Source of the DNA: Candidatus Binatia bacterium
GTDB taxonomy: Bacteria > Desulfobacterota > Binatia > HRBIN30
DNA: 64,000 nt
Assembly: GCA_050015455.1 (NCBI GenBank)
Contig: JBEKBJ010000002.1
Span: 1,091-65,090 of the forward strand
Direction of reading: 5' to 3'
The notes under the pieces are model-generated. The model saw only the letters and a list, made by a program, of their open reading frames with translations, searched no databases and was not told the origin of the DNA. Shown here one piece after another: positions 21,447 through 31,200 of the stretch. The position numbers and the translations under genes were made by a program. The number at the start of each line of letters is the position of its first letter. The first letter of the stretch is position 1.

Positions 21447-21731
21447 TTAGCCTCTACGGCACGGGCTCTGGTCGGAGACGCTGTCGAGGGCGCCGAAGAG
21501 CCCCACTGGCCGACAAAGCCGCTCCCCTGGAGCAGGGGGACGCTCGGGAGCCCAACGCCTGAGTGACCAGCGAGCAGCCAACACCGTCACCAGGGCACAG
21601 GGCACGAACACCTGGCTGAAGCGCCAGGCGATCGCGGCAGGGTCGAAATGGCTCCACCAGATAGCCAACGTCAGCTCTGTCAGGAGCAGTATGTCCATGA
21701 CCGCCAGAATCGCCAGTCTCCGAAAGTTCAT
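21447..21731 (-). CDS. hypothetical small membrane protein
   Basis: 94-aa ORF with two hydrophobic segments and no recognisable family. Weak. Confidence 0.25.
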   Translation of the reverse strand: MNFRRLAILAVMDILLLTELTLAIWWSHFDPAAIAWRFSQVFVPCALVTVLAARWSLRRWAPERPPAPGERLCRPVGLFGALDSVSDQSPCRRG

Positions 21732-21791
21732 TTCTTTGTACCCTCTAAAGCTGAGTGGGCAGGTCTCCGTGGGGGCCGGCCCGCTCCCGTG

Positions 21792-22109
21792 TTACTGTTT
21801 GCGGAGGTCCTGCTTGCTGACATTCATTACCTTCAGCGCCGAGAAGGAGTTGCCCTCGACCTTGTAAGCTACACGGATGACGTCCCCGGGGGCAGGAGTT
21901 AGCCCCACCTTGGCGTTGGCCAGATTGAACACCGCCGTCTGTCCAGGGATGGGGTTCAATTGGGGTTGAGTGTTTTTCAGCTCCAGGACCTTATCGGCAA
22001 CACTGAATCTCAAGCACTCCCCTTGGTAGACGTGGCTCTCACCCACGTCGCTGCAACTCAGCGCAGACATGACCATTACCACCAGTACGGGGATGAACAG
22101 CTTCTTCAT
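21792..22109 (-). CDS. hypothetical lipoprotein
   Basis: N-terminal signal peptide with a lipobox-like MSALSC. 105 aa, no recognised domain. Confidence 0.45.
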   Translation of the reverse strand: MKKLFIPVLVVMVMSALSCSDVGESHVYQGECLRFSVADKVLELKNTQPQLNPIPGQTAVFNLANAKVGLTPAPGDVIRVAYKVEGNSFSALKVMNVSKQDLRKQ

Positions 22110-22126
22110 CTTAACGCCTCCACTTG

Positions 22127-23164
22127 TCAGGCCACATTGGCCAGGCTATTGGCCCGCTTCTCACGAAGCTCCTGGGCCGCACCTCTGAACATGATGTTCA
22201 TTATGTAGATGCAGATGGCGGTAATGGCTCCCAAAATAATCACTGTAGCTGAAGCGGTGAAGCCATACTGCTTCAAGATGATGGAGATCATGCAGGCCAC
22301 CACTGCACAGCCGAACAGCAGGCGGATGCCGTAGCCCTTGGTATACTTGGTGGCCACGGTACCGATCTGAGCTCCAATGGCCGCGCCGCAGAGCATCACA
22401 AAGACCGCCACGATCTCGATCCGACCCTTCAAACTGTAGGTGAAGGCGCCGTAGAGGCCGCTGAACATCACCTCGAACAGATCGGTGCCCACCGCCACGT
22501 GGGTGGGCACGCCAACGAAGTAGACCAGCGACGGCATGCGCAGTAGACCGCCGCCGATGCCGAGGAAGCCGGCGAGCACGCCCGTGAGGAAACTCACCAG
22601 CACCGGCAGCCACATGGAACAATAGAGGCCGGCCACCTTGAAGTGAACCATCGGCGGAATCCTGATCTTGTGCAGGGTCGGGGCCCAGTTCACACCGCCG
22701 GTAGCGCCGGTGTGGCTGGGGACGTCGCTCTTCTTCTTGCTGCGCACCGCCTTGCTATAGTCATAAAAGACCATCAACGAGATCAGGGCCAGGAACACCA
22801 CGTAAGTCCAGCGTACTACTGGCCCCACCTGGCCGATGCGCTCCAAGGCCATGACGAGCCGCGCGCCCAGCTCGATGCCAAACACGGTACCGATGATCAT
22901 GATGAAGCCCAGCTTGTAGTCCACGTTGCCGAACTTGGAGTGGCGCATGGTGGAGATCATCGATTTGCCCGCCACGTGGGCTATGTCCGTACCGATGGCG
23001 AACGCCATGGGAAAGCCCAGGATGTTGAGACCCGGCGTCACCATCCAGGCGCCCCCCATGCCGAAGAAGCCGCCGATGACACCTACCGAGTAGCCGATCA
23101 GCAGCAGACCCGGCCAGAAGACGTCCACGCCCGCGATGGGCATATGCATGTACATCCATTCCAT
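22127..23164 (-). CDS. TauE/SafE family sulfite/anion exporter
   Basis: 345 aa, two internally repeated 4-TM halves. Gly-rich motifs (GGFFGMGGAWM, GFLGIGGGLL) typical of PF01925. Confidence 0.8.
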   Translation of the reverse strand: MEWMYMHMPIAGVDVFWPGLLLIGYSVGVIGGFFGMGGAWMVTPGLNILGFPMAFAIGTDIAHVAGKSMISTMRHSKFGNVDYKLGFIMIIGTVFGIELGARLVMALERIGQVGPVVRWTYVVFLALISLMVFYDYSKAVRSKKKSDVPSHTGATGGVNWAPTLHKIRIPPMVHFKVAGLYCSMWLPVLVSFLTGVLAGFLGIGGGLLRMPSLVYFVGVPTHVAVGTDLFEVMFSGLYGAFTYSLKGRIEIVAVFVMLCGAAIGAQIGTVATKYTKGYGIRLLFGCAVVACMISIILKQYGFTASATVIILGAITAICIYIMNIMFRGAAQELREKRANSLANVA

Positions 23165-23197
23165 AGTCTTGTGCTCCTTGCCCCCTGAAGCGCGGGA

Positions 23198-23491
23198 TCA
23201 ATGCTCCACGTGGCCGCCGCCCTCGCTCAAGTTCAGGCCGACGCGGCTCATGATCGCGTCCATCGTCAAACCCAAGAACCCTCCTAGCAGCGCGGTTAGC
23301 ACCACCGCCCAGATGGCGAACATCCAGACGTTCTCGTTGTAGAGGTTCGCCAGGTACAGGCTGAATCCCTTGAGTACCCGGGTGTCCGCCACCACCACCA
23401 GATCAGTGGCCTCCTCCGCTGCACTGGCCAAGCTGGGGAGCAAGGCCCCCAGCGCTCCCACTACGGCTACGATCTTTAGACGCCCTGTCAT
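23198..23491 (-). CDS. hypothetical small membrane protein (signal peptide + 1 TM)
   Basis: 97 aa. N-terminal signal-like segment and a C-terminal TM. Co-oriented immediately upstream of the TauE gene. Confidence 0.4.
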   Translation of the reverse strand: MTGRLKIVAVVGALGALLPSLASAAEEATDLVVVADTRVLKGFSLYLANLYNENVWMFAIWAVVLTALLGGFLGLTMDAIMSRVGLNLSEGGGHVEH

Positions 23492-23765
23492 TGCATGCCT
23501 CCCTTTCGCGCTTGAAGCTACCTATCCCATTCTCCTTCGCGCCCGCTCGGCTCGCCTGCCCTGCGGCCGAGGCTGAACAGTAACGCTGGGGGCGAGTTAA
23601 GCCTAATGCAAGAAAATAGTCCACCGTCGGCATACCCCGCAACACCATCAATCAGCTGCGCTCCGAGATCGACGCGAGGGTCAAACTGTTTACGCTGCAG
23701 CAGGAATTCGGGGCCGTCAGTGACAAAAGAGGCTGTCGGGGATGTTGGTGGAAATGCGACAGGAT

Positions 23766-24010
23766 CAGCCGCTGCACCCGTTCAGCGCGTTGTTCACGGC
23801 CGTGAGGATCTCATCGATGGTGATCTGGCCATCGTGATTCGCATCGCCGGCCTCGCAGTTGAGAAGTGGTGGGTTGCCGACGGCGATGTTCACCGTCGTG
23901 AGGGTCTCGTTGATGGTTACGCCGCTGTCGGCGCTACAGTTGCCGGTGCAGCAAGGCGTCGGCGAGATGTCGGGGGGCCCGACGTTTCCGTCGGTGTGTC
24001 GACAGTCAGC
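23766..24010 (-). pseudogene. start-less 3' remnant of a dockerin-repeat protein gene
   Basis: Reverse-strand translation reads ...TGNCSADSGVTINETLTTVNIAVGNPPLLNCEAGDANHDGQITIDEILTAVNNALNGCSG*, i.e. two dockerin-like repeats ending at a stop. No start codon and no ORF-track entry. Matches the C-termini of the ORFs at 43282-43734 and 61292-63322. Confidence 0.45.
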
Positions 24011-24113
24011 GTGGTGGCAGCCGAAGTCGTCAGGTATCCGTCAGCTCGAAGGTCAACCTCTTTCCGTCCAACACGGCAACGAAATGGTTCATCCGATCGT
24101 AAACGGGCACGAG

Positions 24114-24389
24114 TTAGCCGATCAGCTCGGGAGAAGGGAGCTCGTAGACGGTGGGTTCCTTGTCGACCTTTCCGATGTAGAACGGAACGTCGCCGAGCTT
24201 CTCGAACATCCGTCGCGCCAATTGCTCATCATCGGCGTCGTGTCCAACGATGCGGCCGCGGTACGACGCCACGAACTGACCCGGGTAGCGGCGCATGAGC
24301 TGCGGGAGCTTCCGGCGAAACGGGTGCTCTTCCGCGGCCAGCGGTTCGTCTGCGAGCTCCAGCCGTCTGCGCGCCTTTGATGTGGCCAT
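24114..24389 (-). CDS. hypothetical protein (DUF5678-like small protein)
   Basis: 91 aa (LMRRYPGQFVASYRGRIVGHDADDEQLARRMFEKLGDVPFYIGKVDKEP), resembling the DUF5678 small-protein pattern. Sits between two dockerin remnants. Confidence 0.45.
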   Translation of the reverse strand: MATSKARRRLELADEPLAAEEHPFRRKLPQLMRRYPGQFVASYRGRIVGHDADDEQLARRMFEKLGDVPFYIGKVDKEPTVYELPSPELIG

Positions 24390-24487
24390 GTCTGCACCTC
24401 GTTGGCGCTAGTGTACGGCGTGTCCGCGCTCGTGGTCAAACCGGGCACCCTGATCCCCGATCCCCCGACCCCTGACACCCGGCACCC

Positions 24488-24600
24488 GTGACACCTGACC
24501 CCCGCCTCAGCCGCATCCATTGAGCGCGTTGTTCACGGCGGTAAGGATTTCACCGATGGTGATCAGGCCGTCGTGATTGGCGTCTCCGTCAATCGGTGAT
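24488..24600 (-). pseudogene. second short 3' remnant with one dockerin-like repeat
   Basis: Reverse-strand translation DGDANHDGLITIGEILTAVNNALNGCG*, near-identical at the DNA level to the end of the 23766 remnant. Confidence 0.35.
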
Positions 24601-24691
24601 TTCCGCGGAAATTCGTGTTCCACAAGGGTTTCACGATAGAAACGAGCCCCCAGGTGGACACAACTTGACAGCTCAGTAAACTGCTAACGGA

Positions 24692-24970
24692 TCACTTTCC
24701 GTTCGGCCGTCCGGCGATTCCGCGCACCGTTTCCGGCGCCCACGGCTTGCCGGTGCGGGTCGGGTGTCGTTCGGCGTTCAGCCGGTTGGCAATCGCCGCG
24801 AAGCTCAGCCGAAGGCAGAGACGCGCCAAGGTGCTGCGCCCGTCCCAAGTGGTCCGGTGCGTCGCAACCGGTGGCACCAGTGCCCAGGGAAGGCCAAGTT
24901 GACACTTTCTATTGAGACAGTTCCGTTGCTCAAACCCGCGCCGATCGCGACGCCGCACAAGGTGAATCAC
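24692..24970 (-). pseudogene. fragment of a large serine recombinase (recombinase domain)
   Basis: ...FAAIANRLNAERHPTRTGKPWAPETVRGI... matches the serine-recombinase 'Recombinase' domain pattern (LN.EGIPT..GK.W...TV..IL). No intact catalytic domain. Implies a decayed mobile element. Confidence 0.4.
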
Positions 24971-25094
24971 AGCGACGCTGGCACGGGTTACGCAGGATCA
25001 CGCCAAAATGGCACCTCTTTAGGTGGATCGTTTGGCAGGCGAACGAGTCCGAGGTTGCGTGGGGTCGCATTTGCAAAGTGAAACTGTCCCCAGC

Positions 25095-25988
25095 TCACTG
25101 GGAGGTGCGATTTGTCGGTGGGCGGCGACGCCTGCGTGTCTTTGCCGCTACACCAGGGCCACCGGTAAGCATCTGGCCAGCGGCGGTGCCCCAGCGGATG
25201 AGGGTGTCAGTGATCCCAGGTACCAACGCGCCGAGCACCTCTACTGCAGCGGCTCCCGGCGGGACGGAGATCTCGCGCAGGCGAAAACGCGTCGCCAGCA
25301 GCACGGCAGCGGCGACCCATTCCGGCGGCATATTCAGCAGCGATGGCCAACTGGCGGCAATCGGATCGGCCTTGGCACGTTCGGCCATCGGGGTGTCGAC
25401 GACTCCCGGCATGACGAGCCCGATGTGGATCGCGGCGGGGTCCACTTCCGTGCGCAGCGCTTCCGTCAAACCCACCAGCGCGAACTTGCTGGCGCAGTAG
25501 CCGCCGAGGGGCGACAGGCCGCGCCGTCCCGCCAGCGACACGACGTTGATGATCGTGCCTGCACCCTGCCGGCACATCAGTGGGAGTACCGCCTGCATCA
25601 TGAACAACGCGCCGAAGACGTTCACGTCGAACATGGCGTCGAGATCCGCTGCCCTGAGCTTGTCGACCGTGCCCGGAATCAAGACCCCAGCGTTGTTCAC
25701 GAGAACGTCGATCCGTCCCCAGGTGCGGTCGATCTTGCCGATGGCGGCACGGACGGCGCGCCGATCACTGACGTCGGTCCGAACGACCAAGGCGCGCCCC
25801 CCGGCCGCCTCCACCTCACGGGCAACCGTATCTAGAAGTGCTCGCCGGCGCGCCGCAAGCGCGACCGAAGCCCCTTGTCGTGCAAAGCTCAACGCGGTCT
25901 CCCGGCCGATTCCGCTTGAGGCGCCAGTGACCAGCACCACGTGCTCCGCGAGTGACCCCAGCCACGGCAGCACCCGCTCAAGAACCAT
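25095..25988 (-). CDS. SDR family short-chain dehydrogenase/reductase
   Basis: VLVTGASSGIG cofactor motif, NNAG, and catalytic YxxxK (GGYCASK). ATG (MVLERV) at 25988; the ORF-track start at 26024 is TTG. Confidence 0.85.
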   Translation of the reverse strand: MVLERVLPWLGSLAEHVVLVTGASSGIGRETALSFARQGASVALAARRRALLDTVAREVEAAGGRALVVRTDVSDRRAVRAAIGKIDRTWGRIDVLVNNAGVLIPGTVDKLRAADLDAMFDVNVFGALFMMQAVLPLMCRQGAGTIINVVSLAGRRGLSPLGGYCASKFALVGLTEALRTEVDPAAIHIGLVMPGVVDTPMAERAKADPIAASWPSLLNMPPEWVAAAVLLATRFRLREISVPPGAAAVEVLGALVPGITDTLIRWGTAAGQMLTGGPGVAAKTRRRRRPPTNRTSQ

Positions 25989-26439
25989 TAGCTCGCTCCA
26001 CAATGCGTCATCATCCACCTGCAATCATACCTGCACCGGCCTAATTGAAAGATAGCGTTGGGCGAATGGAGAGATCTAGCAGGAAAAACCCCATGCCATG
26101 CTTGGCCATGACCGCACGCTACCTTGAGCGCGACACCGGCCCGCTGCTCGCCACCGCGCGGCTTGCGGCGCAGCTTGTGAATCGGCGCCACACTGCGGTG
26201 TCACCCGGTCGGTCCCGTATGGCTTCCGCCTTTCACGGCGCCCTGCGGCCCGACGCTTGTGCACCCCGCCCTCGACTCCCCGACCCGTCGCGCCCGCCGC
26301 AGCACCAAGCGCACCGCTGCGCATGGCGTCCGGGCTGGACTTCGCGGCGCACGCAAGGGGGAAACCAGGACCGCCCCCCGGCACCCGGGAGACCTCGGAT
26401 TTCGGCGAAAGTATGCTGCTAGGGAAACAAGACCCGCGC

Positions 26440-26481
26440 TGGACGAGTCCACGGCACCGCTGTGCCTAGCGCGACTGCCTC
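26440..26481. repeat. 42-nt dispersed direct repeat, copy A
   Basis: tggacgagtccacGgcaccgctgtgcCtagcGcgactgcctc. Second copy at 42978-43019 with 3 mismatches. Confidence 0.8.
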
Positions 26482-26574
26482 TCAGCCAACCCGTCGCACC
26501 GGGCAGTGCTGCGAGTGTGAATATGCGGCGCGTCCGATGGAGCGGCAGCGAGGTCGAGGCTCGCACGCCTGAGC

Positions 26575-26670
26575 GTGCGCGCGTACCGCGCGGCGGTGGT
26601 CCGCTTCGTGGCGTGGCTCGCGCGTACCGAGCAGTCCCTCGACACACTTCAGCCGGCGGATCTTCGCCCC
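26575..26670 (+). pseudogene. N-terminal fragment of a tyrosine recombinase/integrase (SAM-like domain only)
   Basis: MRAYRAAVVRFVAWLARTEQSLDTLQPADL resembles the XerD/phage-integrase N-terminal core-binding helix. The ORF then degenerates. Lies next to the 42-nt direct repeat. Confidence 0.4.
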
Positions 26671-26759
26671 GTTCCAAAAAACTTCTACAGGGGGAGGGCT
26701 CACGCCCCCCCCCCCAGAAGAAATCAAAGGATCAAAGTCTCAAAGGGTCCAATGATCGA

Positions 26760-28073
26760 TCATGAGCCGCCACGAACGGCACGCACGTAGAAGTTGTTGC
26801 TCTTAAAGTTGTAGCTCACGTGGCCGTCGTAGAAGCTCACGGTCCACGCGTAGCTTGGACTGGGCTGGTAGGTAGTGGACGACCAGTAGCCGTAGTAGTA
26901 GCCGTAGTACCAGTAGTAGTAACCGCCTGTACAACTGCAGGCTGCGCTCGTAATATCCGTACAGCCGGCTCCACAGCTCGCCCCATTGAACGCCGGGGCG
27001 ACGGAGGGATTGCTCGTCGCGCTGTCAACGAGGCTTTGCAACTCCCGGAGGTTCGGGATGCGCCAATCGTTGTGCCTAGCGAAGCTCGCCGTGTTGAGCT
27101 GCGCGACCCATTTGAAGATCGTCAGCCCATCGGGAGAAGCCGTCTGGCAGTCCGCCGCCTGACACGGTCCATTGGCCTCACAATCCGCATCCGTCCCGCA
27201 GGCTACTCCGCCCGGCCCACAGGTCCCCGACCACGGGTAACAATTGTCCGCGTCCTCCAGGTTGGCTGCGTTCACAGTCCCGTCGAGCACGTCCTTTTTC
27301 TCCCACGTGAGCCCGGTGTTGTTGTCGGTAATCGTGCCGTCGCCGTTGTCGGTGTACGCCAGAGCCACGCCTTCCTGCAGAGCTCCGTCTTGCCCCGTCC
27401 CAGAGCAGGCAATGACGTATCCATTGCCGTCCCAGCAGATCGTTTGCCCTGTTTGTAACAGCTGCGCAGGGGGCAGGGCGCCGCCCTGCCCCTGGCACGT
27501 CGCGAGATTCGCTTCGCAGGTAGCGAGCGGAATGCTTGCACAGTTCGTTTCACAGGCGCTCAGGCTCGTGTCGCACGTGCTCAGGTTCGTGTCACACGTG
27601 CTCAGACTCGTCTCGCAGGTGTTGTAGTAATCTTCATAGCTCGTGAGGTTGCTGTTGCAGTCGTTCAGATAGTCTTGCAGCGTCGATGGATCGCAGTCTG
27701 CTGCCGGTGTTCCACCAGCGAGATTGCCGCTCAGGCAGCTGGTGAAATCCGTTATCGTGCTTTGCACTGTTGACTCATCGCCGGTAGTCGGGCACGCACT
27801 TTTCGCGTTCGCCGCCGCCGTTTCCAGATTGCCCCACTGCTTGCTCAGCGTCGTCTGGCACTTGGTAATCGCCGTGTCGTACGTCGTGGCGTCGTTATTC
27901 AGTACGAACGCCTTGTTAGCCGTCTGCCGGCAGGCCGTGTACTTGCCTGCCGCATTATTCTTACCGGCCTCACACTTCTGCGGTGGCGTCGTTTTGCCAA
28001 ACGCCGTCCCGGTGCACAGCAACGCGGCGCACACCGCTGTCATCGTCACAATGGTCCTCGCTATCCGTGTCAT
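26760..28073 (-). CDS. secreted DUF1566 (Lcl C-terminal domain) protein with Cys-rich N-terminal modules
   Basis: ATG at 28073 with a GGAGGG Shine-Dalgarno. Signal peptide MTRIARTIVTMTAVCAALLCTGTAFG. C-terminal DUF1566 signature (HNDWRIPNLRELQSL ... YWSSTTY ... AWTVSFYDGHVSY...FYVRAVRGG). The N-terminus carries a 13-spaced Cys pair (CEAGKNNAAGKYTAC) like the giants' C-terminal module, plus a TCxTxLSxC mini-repeat. Confidence 0.75.
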   Translation of the reverse strand: MTRIARTIVTMTAVCAALLCTGTAFGKTTPPQKCEAGKNNAAGKYTACRQTANKAFVLNNDATTYDTAITKCQTTLSKQWGNLETAAANAKSACPTTGDESTVQSTITDFTSCLSGNLAGGTPAADCDPSTLQDYLNDCNSNLTSYEDYYNTCETSLSTCDTNLSTCDTSLSACETNCASIPLATCEANLATCQGQGGALPPAQLLQTGQTICWDGNGYVIACSGTGQDGALQEGVALAYTDNGDGTITDNNTGLTWEKKDVLDGTVNAANLEDADNCYPWSGTCGPGGVACGTDADCEANGPCQAADCQTASPDGLTIFKWVAQLNTASFARHNDWRIPNLRELQSLVDSATSNPSVAPAFNGASCGAGCTDITSAACSCTGGYYYWYYGYYYGYWSSTTYQPSPSYAWTVSFYDGHVSYNFKSNNFYVRAVRGGS

Positions 28074-28256
28074 GAAGTAACCCTCCGAGACTGTGGAAGC
28101 TGGTTGGGCTTCAGCGACCTGCCACAAGGCACTGTGAACGGGGTCCCTCGCACATTTGCGTAATACTGTACGCTAAGAACCCGCCCCACCGTTCTCCATA
28201 GCGTGCATTTCCACATCCCCCGTAAGCATCACTCGTACGCGCTTCGCCGCGGCAGC

Positions 28257-31200
28257 TCACGGCGCGGGAAGAGGGGTAGTTCCGGCGCAGTAAATTTGGC
28301 CGTCGCTGGTCTGATCGATGAAGCTGATCATCGCATCGGCCAGCGCGCCCTGGGCCGTCGCATCGAGACAGGACGGACAGATCAACGCCTTCTGCTTGTT
28401 CACCGTTGCCGTCTTGGCGAGCACCGCCGCTTGCGCCTTGTCGTACGCGGCGCGACAGGAGGTCGGCGTGCCGCTTCCCTCTTCGCACGCTTGGACATTG
28501 AATGACTTGCTCTTGAGTGCCGCGTCAGCATCCTTTTTCTGGCAGCTGGTGATGCATCCCGCCAGTGTTCGCAGATTTCTGGAGACCGTGTCTTCACACG
28601 CACCGGTGTTCTTGTCCGGCGGTACGTATCCCGGGTTGCCACTCGGGAAACCGGCGGTGCCCGCGCAGTAGATTTGGCCGTCGAGCTGCTCCACGACGCT
28701 CATCGCCGACTCCGCCAAGGCGGTCTGCGCCGTGGCACCCAAACAGCTCGGGCAGATCGGCTGCTTTACCCCCTTCACCCTCACTGTCCTCGCAAGCACC
28801 GCCGCTTCCGCCTTGTTGTACGCGGCGAGGCAGGAGATCGGCGTGCCGGTTCCCTGCTCGCACGCCATTTCGTCAAAGGATTTGTTTTGCAGCGCGTAGT
28901 CAGCCTCCTTCGTTTGGCAATTGGCCGTGCAGACTACGAGTTTCTTTATGTTCTTCGCGACCGTATCTTCGCAGCTATCCGCGCTGGAATTGGGAGGCAC
29001 CATAGCCTCCGGCGTGTACGTTGGGGTCGGCGTGTTGGTCGGCGTCGCGGTCGCTGTCGGGGTGACTGTCGGGGTGTTGGTGATGGTCGGCGTTTGAGTC
29101 GGCGTGTTGGTAATCGTCGGCGTCTGCGTTGGCGTGTTGGTAATCGTCGGCGTTTGCGTCGGTGTATTGGTAATCGTCGGCGTCTGCGTTGGCGTATTGG
29201 TGATGGTCGGCGTTTGCGTCGGTGTATTGGTAATCGTCGCCGTCCGGGTCGGGGTGTTCGTGATCGTCGGGGTTAGGGTCGGGGTGTTGGTGATGGTCGG
29301 CGTTTGGGTCGGGGTATTGGTGATGGTCGGCGTTTGAGTCGGCGTGTTGGTAATCGTCGGCGTCCGAGTCGGGGTGCTGGTAATGGTCGGCGTCTGCGTC
29401 GGCGTGCCCGTTGGGGTGTTGCTGGCCGTCGGCGTCGGGGTGTTCGTCCGCGCGTTGGTCGGGGTGGCGGTTGCGGGGCTTGCGGGTGCGGGTGTGGGCG
29501 TGGCCGCCGCCGAGTTCGCCTCGAAGGCGCCGATGGAGCAGTTGGTGGCACCTGTACCGGGCCGGACGAAGCCGCGTTGGTCGAGGTTGTCCACGGGCGC
29601 GGTACCGGTGGTCGTCGAACAGACGCTCTCGTTGCCGGCATTGATCGCGGGGCTCGCCCCCGTGCATCCCGCGCTGGGGGCACCTGTGCCTGTACAGAGG
29701 GCGACCGTCTGCGTTGGGCCGCCGTTGCTCTGGCGCCCGGTGGGGTCGAGAACAGGGTTCGTGTTACAGAACGAGCTGCCGCTGGTAGTGGTGCAGCCGG
29801 TGCCCGTGAAACCACACGTCGTGCCGTCGTCGATGTTGTGGCCGCCATCAGTCACGGGACCGGCGCAATTGCCGCCCGAGCTGCTGGCGACTATCGTGTT
29901 GATGGCCGTCACGGTGCCGCCGTCGTTCTGGATAGCGCCGCCGCCCGTGCCCGCGCTATTGCCGGCGAAGGTGCTGTTGGTGACGGTCAGCGTCCCGCTG
30001 TTGGAGATGCCGCCGCCGCTGTCGGTCGCACTATTGCCGGAGAAGGTACTGTTGGTGAGCGTCAACGTGCTGCCGCTGTTATTGTTGATGCCGCCGCCGT
30101 AAGCGCTCGCGCTATTGCCGGCGAAGGTGCTGTTGGTAACCGTCAGCGTGGCGCCGTAGTTATTGTAGATACCGCCGCTGTAGCTCGAGCTATTGCCGGA
30201 GAAGGTGCTGTTGGTGACCGTCAGCGTGGCGTTGTTAAAGATGCTGCCACCGTAGTCTGCCGCGCTATTGCCGGAGAAGGTGCTGGTGGTGACCGTCAGC
30301 GTGCCGTTGTTGGTGATGCCGCCGCCGAAGGCGCCGGAGATATTGCCGGAGAAGGTGCTGTTAATGAGCGTCAGCGTGCCGTTGTTGGTGATGCCACCCG
30401 CGGCGCCCGCGTCATAGCCCTTGGCGATGGTCAGGTTCTGAACCGTGAAGTTGACGCCAGAGTTTACGGAGAAGACGCCCACCTTATTCCCGCCGCTGAT
30501 GGTGATCAGACTCCCACCGTCAATGGTCGTGTCGGTGCCAATAGTTTTGGTGCCGGTGACGGTGATCGTGGCGGCGCCGCCGCAGTTGAAGGTCACGTTA
30601 TGGCCGAAACTCCCGCCGCCGGGGAGGCAGGCAGTCAGCGCCGCCTCAGTGCAGCTCGTCCCCGTGCCGGTGCCCACCACGCACGCCGGGGCCGCTGTGG
30701 GTGTTGGCGGCGCGGTCGGCGTTATGGTGGGTGGCGTCGCCCCCATTGCCGCCAGCAGATTCCCTGCATCGGGGCTACCAAGACCGGTCACCATGTCGTA
30801 ACCGACGCCAGCGCTGTACGCGCCGTTCGAACCGCTGGTGATGTCATGGAAGGCGGAGCTGCCACACAACCCGTACAGCAGCGCACCCGGATTCCCGAGG
30901 CCACTGCCACCAACTCCCTCGTTCAAATCAGCGAACAAGCCGGCCCATTGTGGCGCCGCGTCGGAAGTGCCGCCGACGATGTACCACCCGAAGTCGAACG
31001 CAAGGTAGTTGCCGGGGGACGGATTGGCTGCCAAGGCCACATCGGGCACCAAGCGCTGGGTTCCGCTTGGCACGGCGCATCCGGTTTGAAACGCGGGGCG
31101 TGAAAACACCTGACTGATGCCCCCGCCCGAGCCGCTCCAACCGCTCTCAGAGCCGTATCCGCCACAGCCCGGGCTCGAGGAGGTCATGCCGCCGCTGCAG

